From the NCBI GenBank assembly GCA_964561025.1, contig CAZLNM010000002.1, positions 43,235-107,234 on the forward strand: a DNA stretch of 64,000 bases, written 5' to 3'. How positions within the stretch are numbered: position 1 is the stretch's first letter; each line of letters begins with the position of its first letter. Positions 38,299 to 47,726 of the stretch are shown one piece after another. The position numbers and the translations under genes were made by a program. Below the pieces are notes generated by a model. That model was given only the letters and a program-made list of their open reading frames with translations, was not told where the DNA came from and ran no database searches. The stretch is from an uncultured Myxococcales bacterium. Lineage in GTDB: Bacteria; Myxococcota; B64-G9.

Positions 38299-38355
38299 GG
38301 CGGGTCCTCCAGGCAGCGCAGCCAGCCCGGCGGCGAGCAGTTAGGAGGACCCGCC
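38299..38355. other. 12-bp perfect inverted repeat GGCGGGTCCTCC - 33 nt - GGAGGACCCGCC
   Basis: Read directly in the divergent intergenic region 38145-38480. Confidence 0.5.
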
Positions 38356-38425
38356 GCAAAGCAGCCGCACCAAAATGAGAATAGTGTCGGGAAAAAAGTG
38401 AGGTGCGGTCAACCGGCCCCGCGCA

Positions 38426-38454
38426 TTGACCCGGGCACGGCGGGTTGGTATACG
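38426..38454 (+). promoter_or_regulatory. Candidate sigma70-like promoter TTGACC-17 nt-TATACG for the TPR lipoprotein gene
   Basis: Hexamers and spacing read directly, about 27 nt upstream of ATG 38481. Confidence 0.45.
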
Positions 38455-38480
38455 ATCCCGTTCATCCGGCGGAGGTGATC

Positions 38481-39917
38481 ATGGCAAGCGGTATCTTCAG
38501 ACTTTCCTCGCTCGCGGCCTGCATCTTTCTCTGGTCGGCGTTGACGGCCTGCGAGAAGCCCGCCGCCGAGCAGGCCCAGGAGGCGGCCGCGCAGGGGCAG
38601 GCCCTGCTCAAGCAGGAAAAATTCGCCGAGGCGGCCGAGGCCTTCGGGCGCGCCGCGCGCCTGCAACCGAAGAACGGCCAGTACCTGATGCAGCAGGGGT
38701 TGGCGCAGGCGCGGGCCGGCGACGAGGGCCAGGCCATCATGACCATCGGCCGGGCCGCGGACCTGCTGCCGGACGACATCGAGCCGGCGCTGCAGATCGG
38801 GATGCTGTTCGCCCGCAAGGGCAACCGCGAGGCGGCCATCGAGCACCTGCGCAAGGTGCTGGTCAAGGACCCCGGCAACGTGGAGGTGTACAAGCAGCTT
38901 ACCGAGATCTACATCCAGGGTGAGCAGTTCGAGGACGCCGAGCGCACCCTGCGCAAGCTGCGCGAGCTGGTGCCGAACGACGTGGAGATCGTGACCCTGC
39001 AGGCGGACGTGATGCTCAAGGAGGGCAAGGAGCAGCAGGCGCTGCTGAAACTCCAGGAGGCGGCCGCCATGGAGCCGGGCAACTTCGCGGTGCGCTTGAC
39101 GCTGGGACGCCACCTGATGCGCGGCAACAAGTTCGAGGCCGCGGCGCGGGAGTTCGAGAACGCCCTGGGGGTGCAGGCCGACAACGCCGATGCGCTGGTC
39201 GAGCTGGGCCGGGCCTACCTGGAGCTGGGGCGGTTCGATGACGCGGCCCAGCGTTTTCGCGAGGTGCTGGCCAAGAACCAGAACCGCCTCGAGGCGCGGG
39301 TGGGGCTCGGGCTGGCGCTCTCCGGGGCCGGGGACCACGAGAAGGGCATGACCGAGGTGGAGACCGCCATCACCGCCCAGCCCACCCTGGTGGCGGCCCA
39401 CGTGGCCCTGGGCAAGATCTACGCCCGCCAGGACGACACCGAGGAGGCCATCAAGCGTTTCAAGCACGCCTGCGAGCTCGACCCCGAGCTGGTGGAGCCG
39501 CGCCTGGAGCTGGCCCGCCTGTACCGGGCCAAGAAACGGGTGATGGAGGCCACCTCCGAGCTGGAGATGGTGGTGATGCTGAAACCGCAGGACCTGGAGG
39601 CCAAGCGCCTGCTGGTGACCCTGTACACGGAAGGGAACACCAACCTCGACACCGCCTTGCGCTACATCGACGAGCAGCTGGCCAAGGGGGTGGTGGACCT
39701 GGAGATGCTGCGCGTGAAGGGGCAGATCTACCTGCAGCGCAAGGACTTCGAGAAGGCGCTGGCCGCGGTCGAGGAGGCGCTGGCCACCTCCCCCGAGGAT
39801 CCGGCCCTGCTCGAGCTCAAGGCCAAGATCCTCGACGCCCGCCGCAACCAGGGCGGCAAGCCCAAGCCCAAGGGGCCGGCCAAACCCAGGGGCCCCGAGG
39901 TCATCCGCTTCCGCTGA
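38481..39917 (+). CDS. TPR-repeat lipoprotein
   Basis: Start trimmed to ATG 38481 (GGAGGTGATC SD). Lipobox LWSALTAC. At least 10 TPR-like 34-aa repeats. Lys/Pro-rich C-terminal tail. Confidence 0.8.
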   Translation: MASGIFRLSSLAACIFLWSALTACEKPAAEQAQEAAAQGQALLKQEKFAEAAEAFGRAARLQPKNGQYLMQQGLAQARAGDEGQAIMTIGRAADLLPDDIEPALQIGMLFARKGNREAAIEHLRKVLVKDPGNVEVYKQLTEIYIQGEQFEDAERTLRKLRELVPNDVEIVTLQADVMLKEGKEQQALLKLQEAAAMEPGNFAVRLTLGRHLMRGNKFEAAAREFENALGVQADNADALVELGRAYLELGRFDDAAQRFREVLAKNQNRLEARVGLGLALSGAGDHEKGMTEVETAITAQPTLVAAHVALGKIYARQDDTEEAIKRFKHACELDPELVEPRLELARLYRAKKRVMEATSELEMVVMLKPQDLEAKRLLVTLYTEGNTNLDTALRYIDEQLAKGVVDLEMLRVKGQIYLQRKDFEKALAAVEEALATSPEDPALLELKAKILDARRNQGGKPKPKGPAKPRGPEVIRFR

Positions 39918-39947
39918 ATCCCCAGGCCGGTTTTCGACCCCATTCCG

Positions 39948-40050
39948 TTCGTCTTCGCTCGGCCCATGCGGTCAAGTGCGGCTTTCGTCGCGAGCTTGAG
40001 GAGCATGCAGGCTTGCGACGCAGGCGTGAGACAGATCTTGATGTTTTTCT
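39948..40050 (+). repeat. Copy B of the intergenic element of about 105 nt shared with 24027-24132
   Basis: Same three blocks as copy A. Here the 16-mer sits in the loop and 3' side of the hairpin CGTCGCGAGC...GCTTGCGACG. Confidence 0.5.
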
Positions 40051-40248
40051 ATCGCGGCTGGCCGCGATGCCGCTAGAGCAAGCGCGGCCAGACGCAAACC
40101 GGGCAACGTGAGCGCCTGACAGATGCGATTTCCTTGGGGGTCCCCTTGTCAGTGGGTTATTCAAGGTACACGCTCAGGCACACAGACGATTGACAGGAGC
40201 CCGGCAGGTCTGGGATGGTGCCTCGGCACGCCGTGCGCGGAGGTGGGC

Positions 40249-43213
40249 ATGGGCCGGATCGAGGTGGCATGTCGTCTTGAGGTTCGCGACGCCCCGGGCG
40301 AGCGCCTGGCGCGCCGCATCCGCCAGGAGCTCCTCATCCCGGTGGAGCGGGTGCGCTGCGTGGACGTGTTCACGGTGGACGCGGCGCTCTCGCGCGAGGA
40401 GCTGGAAGGCCTGGCCCGGGAATGTTTTCTGGACCCGGTGTCCCAGGAGGCGGCGGTGGACCGGCCGCTGGGACGGGGCTGCGACTTCGCGGTGGCGGTG
40501 TCTTTCCGGCCGGGCGTCACCGACAACGTGGGTCGCACCGCCCGCGAGGCCCTGGCGCTCTACCTGGGCCGGCCGCTCCCCGAGGGCGCCGCGGTGTACA
40601 CCTCGCGGCACTACCTGTTGTGGGGCCCGCTCTCGCGCGAGCAGGCCGAGCGCATCGGGCGCGAGATGCTCGCGAACGCATTGATCCAGAACATCACGGT
40701 GCTGTCGGGCGACGAGTTCGCCCGGCGCGGCTTTCCCCCCAACCTGCCGCGGGTGGAGCTCGGCCCGCGCCCCGAGGTGCAAACCATCTCGCTGGAACGA
40801 AGAATCCCTGATCGCCCTCAGCCGCGAGCGGGTGCTGGCGCTCTCGCTCTCCGAGATGCGCGCCATCCGCGACTTCTTTCGCGGCGACGACTTTCGGGCC
40901 TTGCGGCGCCAGCGCGGCCTGCCGCCGGACCCCACCGACGTGGAGCTGGAGTGCCTGGCCCAGACCTGGTCCGAGCACTGCAAACACAAGATCTTCAATG
41001 CCCGGATCCGCTACCGCGAAGGGGATGCGCCGGAAGAGACGGTGGACTCGCTGTTCGAGGAGTGCATCCGCGGCACCACCCGGGAGGTGCGCGCCGCCCG
41101 CGGCCCGGCCGACCTGTGCCTGTCGGTGTTCTCGGACAACGCGGGGGTGATCCGTTTCACCGACGAGTGGAGCCTGGTGTTCAAGGTGGAGACCCACAAC
41201 AGCCCCTCGGCGCTCGATCCCTACGGCGGCGCGCTCACCGGCATCGTGGGGGTCAACCGCGATCCGCTGGGGACCGGCCAGGGCGCGCGGCTGATCTTCA
41301 ACACCGACGTGTTCTGCTTCGCCAGCCCCTTCCGCGACGAGCCGGTGCCGCGCGGCCTGCTGCACCCGCGCCGCATCCTGGAGGGCGTGCGCGAGGGGGT
41401 GGAGCACGGCGGCAACAAGAGCGGCATCCCCACCGTCAACGGCTCGCTGTTGTTCGACGAGCGCTACCTGGGCAAGCCGCTGGTGTTCTGCGGCACCGCC
41501 GGGCTCCTGCCGGCGCGGCTCCACGGGCGGCCGGGCCACGACAAGCGCGCCCTTCCTGGCGATCGCATCGTGATGGCCGGGGGACGCATCGGCAAGGACG
41601 GCATCCACGGCGCCACCTTCAGCAGCGAGGAGTTGCACCAGAATTCTCCGGTGAGCGCGGTGCAGATCGGGGACCCCATCACCCAGAAGCGCCTGGCCGA
41701 CTTTTTGCTGCGGGCCCGCGACGAGGGGCTGTACCACTCGCTCACCGACGACGGCGCCGGCGGGCTGTCCTCCTCGGTGGGCGAGATGGCGCGCGAGGCC
41801 GGCGGCTGCCGCCTGGATCTCACGCACGCCCCGCTCAAGTACCCCGGCCTGGCCCCCTGGGAGATCCTGCTCTCCGAGGCCCAGGAGCGCATGACGCTGG
41901 CGGTGCCGCCGGACAAGCTCCCGCGCCTGCTCGCGCTGGCCCGTCGCTACCAGGTGGAGGCCACCGACCTGGGCTGCTTCGACGAGAGCGGCCTGTTCGA
42001 GGTGAGCGATCACGGCCGGGTGGTGGCGCTGCTGCCCATGGACTTTCTGCACGACGGCTTGCCGCGCCTCGATCTTTTGGCGCGCTTCGTGCCCCCGCGC
42101 GAGGGCCCCTGGCGGGCGCCGGCGCGGCCCCAGGGAGAGCTTTTGCATCAGATGTTGGGGCGGCTCAACATCTGCTCCAAGGCCTACTGGGTGCGCCAGT
42201 ACGATCACGAGGTGCAGGCCGGGACGGTGCAAAAACCCCTGGTGGGCGCGCGCGACGACGGGCCGGCCGACGCGGCGGTGTTCCGGCCGCTGCTCGATTC
42301 CTTCCAGGCGGTGGCGGTGGCCCACGGCATCTGCCCGCGCCTGTCCGACTTCGACGCCGGGGTCATGGCCGAGTGCGCGGTGGACGAGGGCGTGCGTAAC
42401 GCAGTGGCCGTCGGCGCCGACCCGGACCGCCTGGCCGGCCTGGACAACTTCTGCTGGTGCGACCCGGTGCAGAGCGACTCCAACCCCGACGGCGACCGCA
42501 AGGCCGGCCAACTCGTGCGCGCCGGCCGGGGCCTGCGGCGGGTGTGCCTGGCCTACGGCGTGCCGCTGATCTCGGGCAAGGACAGCATGAAGAACGACGC
42601 CGTGATCGAAGGCCGGCGCATCTCCATCCCGCCCACGCTGCTGGTCTCGGTGCTGGGGCTCATGCCCGACGCGCGCCGGGCGGTGTCCATGGACGCCAAG
42701 GCGCCGGGGCACGCGCTGTTCGTCCTGGGGGAAACCCGCGACGAGCTGCTGGGCTCCGAACTCCAGGCGCACCTGGGCGCGCGCGGGGGCTTTCTCCCGC
42801 GGGTCCAGCCAAAAGCGCAACTTTCGCTGTACCGGGCGCTGTACCGGGCCATCCAGGACGGCTGCGTGGCCTCGTGCCACGACTGCTCGGACGGCGGCCT
42901 GGCGGTGGCCCTGGCCGAGAGCGCCTTCGCCGGTGACCTGGGGATGGTGGCGGACCTTGCGCGCGCGCCGCGCCAGGGAGACCTGGGCGACGTGGAGCTC
43001 TTGTACTCCGAGACGCCCGGCCGGTTCGTGGTCACGGTGCCGCCGGAGCGGCTGGAGGACTTCCTGCGCCACATGCAGGGCCAGCCGGCGCAACGGGTGG
43101 GTGAGGTCACGGCCGCTCCCCGGCTCGTCATCCGGGGATTGGCGGGCTCCGTTGTGCTCGACGAGCCGATCGAGGCGCTGCGGCAGAGCTGGCTGCGCCC
43201 GCTGGACTTCTAG
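40249..43213 (+). pseudogene. purL: Phosphoribosylformylglycinamidine synthase PurS-PurL fusion (PurSL) with an apparent +1 frame change near 40796-40800
   Basis: Frame 1 from ATG 40249 (GGAGGTGGGC SD) encodes two PurS-like repeats up to ...PEVQTISLE. Homology then continues in frame 2 (EESLIALSRERVLALSLSEMRAIRDFF..., SEHCKHKIF, ETHNSPSA) to TAG 43213. Frame 2 is closed upstream by TGA at 40682. Confidence 0.75.
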
Positions 43214-43233
43214 CGGCAAGAGCGGAGGCAACC

Positions 43234-44040
43234 ATGGCGAGCGTGAGGGCCTTGGTGGTCGCGGGCAACGGAACCAACTGCGAGCGCGAGACCGCCTTCG
43301 CCTGTCTCTCGGCGGGCGCCGAGCGCGCCGACATCGTTTCCATCTGGGACCTTCTGGCCGGCGAGGCGCGCCTTTCGGACTACAACTTTTTGCTGCTTCC
43401 GGGCGGCTTCATGGACGGCGACGACCTGGGCTCGGCCCGGGCGGCCGCCAACCGCTACCGGCGCGCCCGCATCGCGGGCTCCGATCGGCGCCTGCTCGAC
43501 GACCTTGTCGAGTTCGTGTCCCGCGACACGCTCGTGCTCGGCATCTGCAACGGCTTCCAGCTCATGGTGAAGCTCGGCCTGCTGCCCGAGCCGCGCCGGC
43601 TCGAACAGCGCGTGACGCTCACTTTCAACGACTCCGGGCGCTTCGAGGACCGCTGGGTGGCCATGGCCTGCGATCCCAAGAGCCCGTGCGTGTTCACCCG
43701 CGGCATCGAGCGGCTGGAGCTTCCGGTGCGGCACGGCGAGGGAAAGCTGCTGGCCGCGCCCGGCGTGCTCGAGGATCTCGGCGCGCGCAATCTCGTTCCG
43801 CTGCGCTACGTCGATCCCGCCACCGGGCGGCCCACCACCCAGTACCCTGCCAACCCCAACGGCTCGCCGGACGGGGCCGCCGGGGTGTGTGACGAGAGCG
43901 GCCGGATCTTCGGGCTCATGCCCCACCCCGAGTGCTTCCTGCACCGCACCCACCACCCGCGCTGGACCCGCCGGCCCGATCTCCCCGAGGAGGGCGCCGG
44001 GCTGCGCATCTTCCAAAACGCCGTCTCGGCGCTGCGCTGA
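43234..44040 (+). CDS. purQ: Phosphoribosylformylglycinamidine synthase I (glutaminase subunit)
   Basis: LGICNGFQLMVKLGLLP (nucleophile Cys) and HPE near the C-terminus. Immediately downstream of purL. Confidence 0.9.
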   Translation: MASVRALVVAGNGTNCERETAFACLSAGAERADIVSIWDLLAGEARLSDYNFLLLPGGFMDGDDLGSARAAANRYRRARIAGSDRRLLDDLVEFVSRDTLVLGICNGFQLMVKLGLLPEPRRLEQRVTLTFNDSGRFEDRWVAMACDPKSPCVFTRGIERLELPVRHGEGKLLAAPGVLEDLGARNLVPLRYVDPATGRPTTQYPANPNGSPDGAAGVCDESGRIFGLMPHPECFLHRTHHPRWTRRPDLPEEGAGLRIFQNAVSALR

Positions 44041-44211
44041 CGGGATTGCCTGGATGGCTCGGATCCTGCCGTAAGGCGCTCCCCGTGTGTCACCCGCGAG
44101 ATGCACCCATGGGGTGGCGCGAGGGGCAGCTTGTATGGTGGAATCCCATTCAGCTCCCCCCGAACAAAGATCCAAGGCAAGAAGGCAGGTAGCGGCGGGC
44201 GGGCCGGGCGC

Positions 44212-44610
44212 TTAGCGCTTGGAGTACTGGAAGCGCTTGCGGGCGCCGGGGCGGCCGTACTTCTTGCGCTCCACGATGCGCGAGTCGCGGGTGAGCAGGC
44301 CGGCCTTCTTGAGCACCGGCCGAAGCTGCGTGTCCATGCGCTGCAGGGCGCGGGCCAGGCCGTGGCGGATGGCGTCCGCCTGCCCGGACAGGCCGCCGCC
44401 GCGCACGTTCACCCGCACGTCGATCTTGCCCTGCTGGCTGGTGAGCTCCAGCGGCTCGGAGATGATCAGGCGCAGCTGCTGCAGCCCGCCGAAGTAGTCA
44501 TCCCAGCTCCGGTCGTTGACCGTGACCGTGCCGGCGCCCGCCTGGATCCACACCCGGGCGATGGCGTTCTTGCGCTTGCCGGTGGCGTACCATTTCTGGA
44601 CTTCGCTCAT
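44212..44610 (-). CDS. rpsI: 30S ribosomal protein S9
   Basis: [29 protein letters not shown], and C-terminal RKRFQYSKR. Confidence 0.97.
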   Translation of the reverse strand: MSEVQKWYATGKRKNAIARVWIQAGAGTVTVNDRSWDDYFGGLQQLRLIISEPLELTSQQGKIDVRVNVRGGGLSGQADAIRHGLARALQRMDTQLRPVLKKAGLLTRDSRIVERKKYGRPGARKRFQYSKR

Positions 44611-44613
44611 GGG

Positions 44614-45051
44614 TTACTTCTCCTTGGAGGCCCGGGCCTCGGGCTTCTGGGCCGCGTGCGGGTGCTCGGCGCCCTCGTAGATCTTGAGCTTGCGCAACAT
44701 GCGGTAGCCCAGCGGCCCGCGCGGCAGCATGCCCTTCACCGCCCGGCGCAGCAGCTCGGTGGGGTGCTTGGCGTGAAGCTCCTCGGCCGTCCGCTCCTTC
44801 AGCCCGCCGGGGTAGCCGCTGTAGTCGTAGTACATCTTCTTTTCCATCTTGCGGCCGGTGAGGCGGATGAGCTTCGCGTTGATCACCACCACGAAGTCGC
44901 CGCCGTCCGTGTGCGGGGTGTAGCCCGGGCTGTTCTTGCCCTTGAGCGCCTGCGCGATCTCGCTGGCCAGCCGCCCCAGGATCTGCCCCTTGGCGTCCAG
45001 CACCTGCCAACGGGGTTTGACCTCGGATTGCGAGAGAAACTTGGTCTTCAT
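44614..45051 (-). CDS. rplM: 50S ribosomal protein L13
   Basis: Start trimmed to ATG 45051. WQVLDAKGQILGRLAS, GDFVVVINA, YSGYPGG, and VKGMLP. Confidence 0.95.
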   Translation of the reverse strand: MKTKFLSQSEVKPRWQVLDAKGQILGRLASEIAQALKGKNSPGYTPHTDGGDFVVVINAKLIRLTGRKMEKKMYYDYSGYPGGLKERTAEELHAKHPTELLRRAVKGMLPRGPLGYRMLRKLKIYEGAEHPHAAQKPEARASKEK

Positions 45052-45107
45052 GACGTCTTCCTTTGCTCGGAGCCGCGTCCCGCCGGACCGGGCCGGCAGG
45101 GTGCAAT

Positions 45108-45136
45108 CTGATAATGGCAAACGACTGAAAAGTCAA
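45108..45136 (-). promoter_or_regulatory. Candidate sigma70-like promoter TTGACT-17 nt-TATCAG for rplM-rpsI
   Basis: The minus strand reads gtgcTTGACTtttcagtcgtttgccatTATCAGattgc, about 55 nt upstream of the rplM ATG. Confidence 0.45.
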
Positions 45137-45229
45137 GCACAATCTGCACCCGGCTCCGGGTCGTCGCCGCGGGGAGGCGGGGGTTGGGAAAATTGACCTC
45201 ACCAGAGCGGTAGGATAGCCTCGCCACTC

Positions 45230-47725
45230 GTGATCGTCGCAAAGAAGGCGCTGCTGGTCTTCCTGGGACTCACCCTGGTGGCCGGGGTGCTGGGCACCCT
45301 GGCGCTGCCCACGGAACAACCCCGGCTGCCCGTCGCGCTGGGAGGCGCGGACGGGTTGACCATCCTCGAGGACGGCCGTCCGGAAGATGATGCCCCGCGG
45401 CGGGGGGACCGCCTCCGGGCCGTCGCGGGCGTTCCCGTCGAGAACGGCGAGATGATGGCCTTCGTGCTGGATGGCTTTCGCGTGGGCCAGCGCGTGGACG
45501 TCCAGGTCGAGCGGCAGGGCCAGCGCCTCATGCTGCGCCTTCAGCTTTCGCGCTCCATCACCGGCCGGCTGCTGGTCATCAATACGCTGGTGTCTTTTTT
45601 GCTGTGGCTGGTGAGCCTGTTCGTGGTGATCAAGGGGGCCGCCGACCTCCACACCCTCCTGTTCTCCTCGGCGCTCGGGTCGCTCACCGCGGTGATGTTC
45701 GTCTACTACCCCGAGAACTCGCTGGGCCTGCCGTTCGGGAGGTATGTCTCCAACCTGCTCTCCAACGGCCTGTACCCGTTCACCGTGGCCTTCCTAGCCC
45801 ACTTCGCCGTGATCTTCCCCGAGCGCAGCGGGCGGCGGCGCTGGCGCGCCCTGCTGTACCTCCCGGCGCTGGCGCTGGCCGGCGGCCTGATCGTCTCCCA
45901 GCTCTCGGCGCGCCGCACCCTCGATCCGGCCGTCATCGGCATCAACGCTCGCCTGTTCGTGATGCTGCGCATCTACCTCGGCCTGTACCTCTTGGTGTGC
46001 ATCGCCTTCCTGGCGCGCAACTACTTCACCGCCCGGCGGCCCGAGTCGCGCCAGCGCCTCAAGTGGATCTTCTGGGGCACCCTGACCGGCATCGCGCCGC
46101 ACGTGCTGTTGTTCGAGCTCCCGCGCGGGCTGGGGGCCCGGCCCATCCTGCCGGAGGAGATCACCTACCTCCTCGTGTGTCTGGCCTGCGTGGCGGTGGG
46201 GGTGGCGGTGGTGCGGCACCGCTTCCTGGACGTGGATCTCATCATCAACCGCTCGCTGGTGTACTTCGCCCTCACGGTCTTCGTGGTGCTGGCCTACCTG
46301 TTGCTGGTGGCCCTGGGCGACTGGATGGTGATCGCGGTGTGGGGCGAGGAGTGGGTGGGGGTGCGGGTGATCGTGGCGCTGCTCCTGGCCGCGCTCTTCG
46401 CCCCGCTGCGCCAGGTCACCCAGCGGCTGGTCGACAGGCTGTTCTACCGCGAGCAGGTCGATCAGCGCGCCGCGCTCATCGAATACAGCCAGCAGCTCAG
46501 CCGCACGGTGGACATCGACCTCCTGCTCGCGCACCTCGACGGGCTGGTGGCCCGGGTCATGCCGGTGCACTGGATGAGGGTGTTCGTGCGCGCGGGAGAG
46601 GATCTGGCGCTGCGGCAAGTGTTTCCCCGGCGGGAGGGTGCGGTGATGCTGGAGGACGGGGCGGTGCGCGCGCTCGCCCTCGATGGCCCGGCGCGGGCCT
46701 CCTCGGCCCTCCCGGGGGAGCTCTCCGGCGCCGCGGCGCTGGTGCCCTTGCAAGGGGGGCAGCGCCTGCTGGGCCTGGTCGCGCTCGGGCCGCGCGCCTC
46801 GGGCGCGGCGTTCTCCGACGACGACCTCAAGTTTCTCTCGGCGGTGGCCAACCAGACCACGGTGGCCTTCGAGAACTCGCTGGCCTTCCAGACCATCCGG
46901 GAGCTCAACGTCAACCTGGAGCAGAAGATCTTCGAGCGCACCCGGGAGCTGGCCGAGGCCAACGACCGGCTGGCCGAGCAATACATCAAGCTGCAGCGGC
47001 TCGACGAGCTCAAGGAGGCCCTCACCGGCATGGTGGTGCACGATCTGAAGAACCCGCTGGCCACCATCATGATGGGGTTGGAGTTCGTGGAGAGCGAGGA
47101 GCTCGAGAAGCTGCCGGAGTCGGTGCGCCACACCCTGGACGTGATCGGGCACACCTGCCGGGACATGCTGGATCTCACCCAGAACCTGCTGGACGTCACG
47201 CGCATGGAGAGCGGGCGGCTGGAGCTCAGCCGCGAGGTCGTGTCGCTGCCCGCCCTGGGAGAGGAGTGCGTCGAGCGGGTGCGTCTGTTGGCGCGCTCCC
47301 GCGAGGTGACCTTCGAGGTGCGGCTGCCGCCGCTCGCCTGGGAGATGGATCGCGGCATGATGGGGCGGGTGCTGGTGAACCTGCTCAGCAACTCCATCAA
47401 GTTCGCCCCGCGCCAGAGCCAGGTGGTGCTCGACGCCGCGGCCAGCGGCGCGCCGGGCGACGGCGGCGAGCTGTGCCTGGGCGTGGCCAACCACGGGCCG
47501 GTCATCGCGCCGGAGTACCAGCAGCGGATCTTCGAGCGCTTCGCGCCGGTGGAACGCCGCTCGCTGGGCCCGCTGCGCGGCACCGGGCTGGGCCTGGCCT
47601 TCTGCCGCATGGTGGTCGAGGCCCACGGCGGCAAGATCGCGGTGGTGTCGCCCTTGCCGGGGGTCAGCCACGGGGCGCGTTTCGAGATCCATTTGCCCAT
47701 CGGGCGGCGGGCCCCGGGGAGCTGA
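45230..47725 (+). CDS. Membrane sensor histidine kinase (extracytoplasmic N-terminal domain, multi-TM, GAF-like, HisKA, HATPase_c)
   Basis: GTG start followed by a TM helix. About 6 further TM helices. H-box VVHDLKNPLATI. N/G boxes NLLSNSIKFAP, GTGLGLAFC. Confidence 0.8.
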   Translation: MIVAKKALLVFLGLTLVAGVLGTLALPTEQPRLPVALGGADGLTILEDGRPEDDAPRRGDRLRAVAGVPVENGEMMAFVLDGFRVGQRVDVQVERQGQRLMLRLQLSRSITGRLLVINTLVSFLLWLVSLFVVIKGAADLHTLLFSSALGSLTAVMFVYYPENSLGLPFGRYVSNLLSNGLYPFTVAFLAHFAVIFPERSGRRRWRALLYLPALALAGGLIVSQLSARRTLDPAVIGINARLFVMLRIYLGLYLLVCIAFLARNYFTARRPESRQRLKWIFWGTLTGIAPHVLLFELPRGLGARPILPEEITYLLVCLACVAVGVAVVRHRFLDVDLIINRSLVYFALTVFVVLAYLLLVALGDWMVIAVWGEEWVGVRVIVALLLAALFAPLRQVTQRLVDRLFYREQVDQRAALIEYSQQLSRTVDIDLLLAHLDGLVARVMPVHWMRVFVRAGEDLALRQVFPRREGAVMLEDGAVRALALDGPARASSALPGELSGAAALVPLQGGQRLLGLVALGPRASGAAFSDDDLKFLSAVANQTTVAFENSLAFQTIRELNVNLEQKIFERTRELAEANDRLAEQYIKLQRLDELKEALTGMVVHDLKNPLATIMMGLEFVESEELEKLPESVRHTLDVIGHTCRDMLDLTQNLLDVTRMESGRLELSREVVSLPALGEECVERVRLLARSREVTFEVRLPPLAWEMDRGMMGRVLVNLLSNSIKFAPRQSQVVLDAAASGAPGDGGELCLGVANHGPVIAPEYQQRIFERFAPVERRSLGPLRGTGLGLAFCRMVVEAHGGKIAVVSPLPGVSHGARFEIHLPIGRRAPGS

Positions 47726-47726
47726 C

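Noticed and set aside
40100-40248. A purine or ZTP (pfl) riboswitch upstream of purSL.
   Set aside because: I could not find the conserved CCGCCTGGGC-type 3' element or the GGGTCGTGACTGGCG-like 5' element, nor the purine riboswitch junction consensus. Only generic hairpins are present.
45193-45232. A possible leaderless transcript for kinase 45230-47725 (TTGACC-17 nt-TAGCCT ending 8 nt before the GTG start).
   Set aside because: The -10 is weak. Leaderless initiation at GTG is uncommon, and the prediction cannot be supported without 5'-end data.
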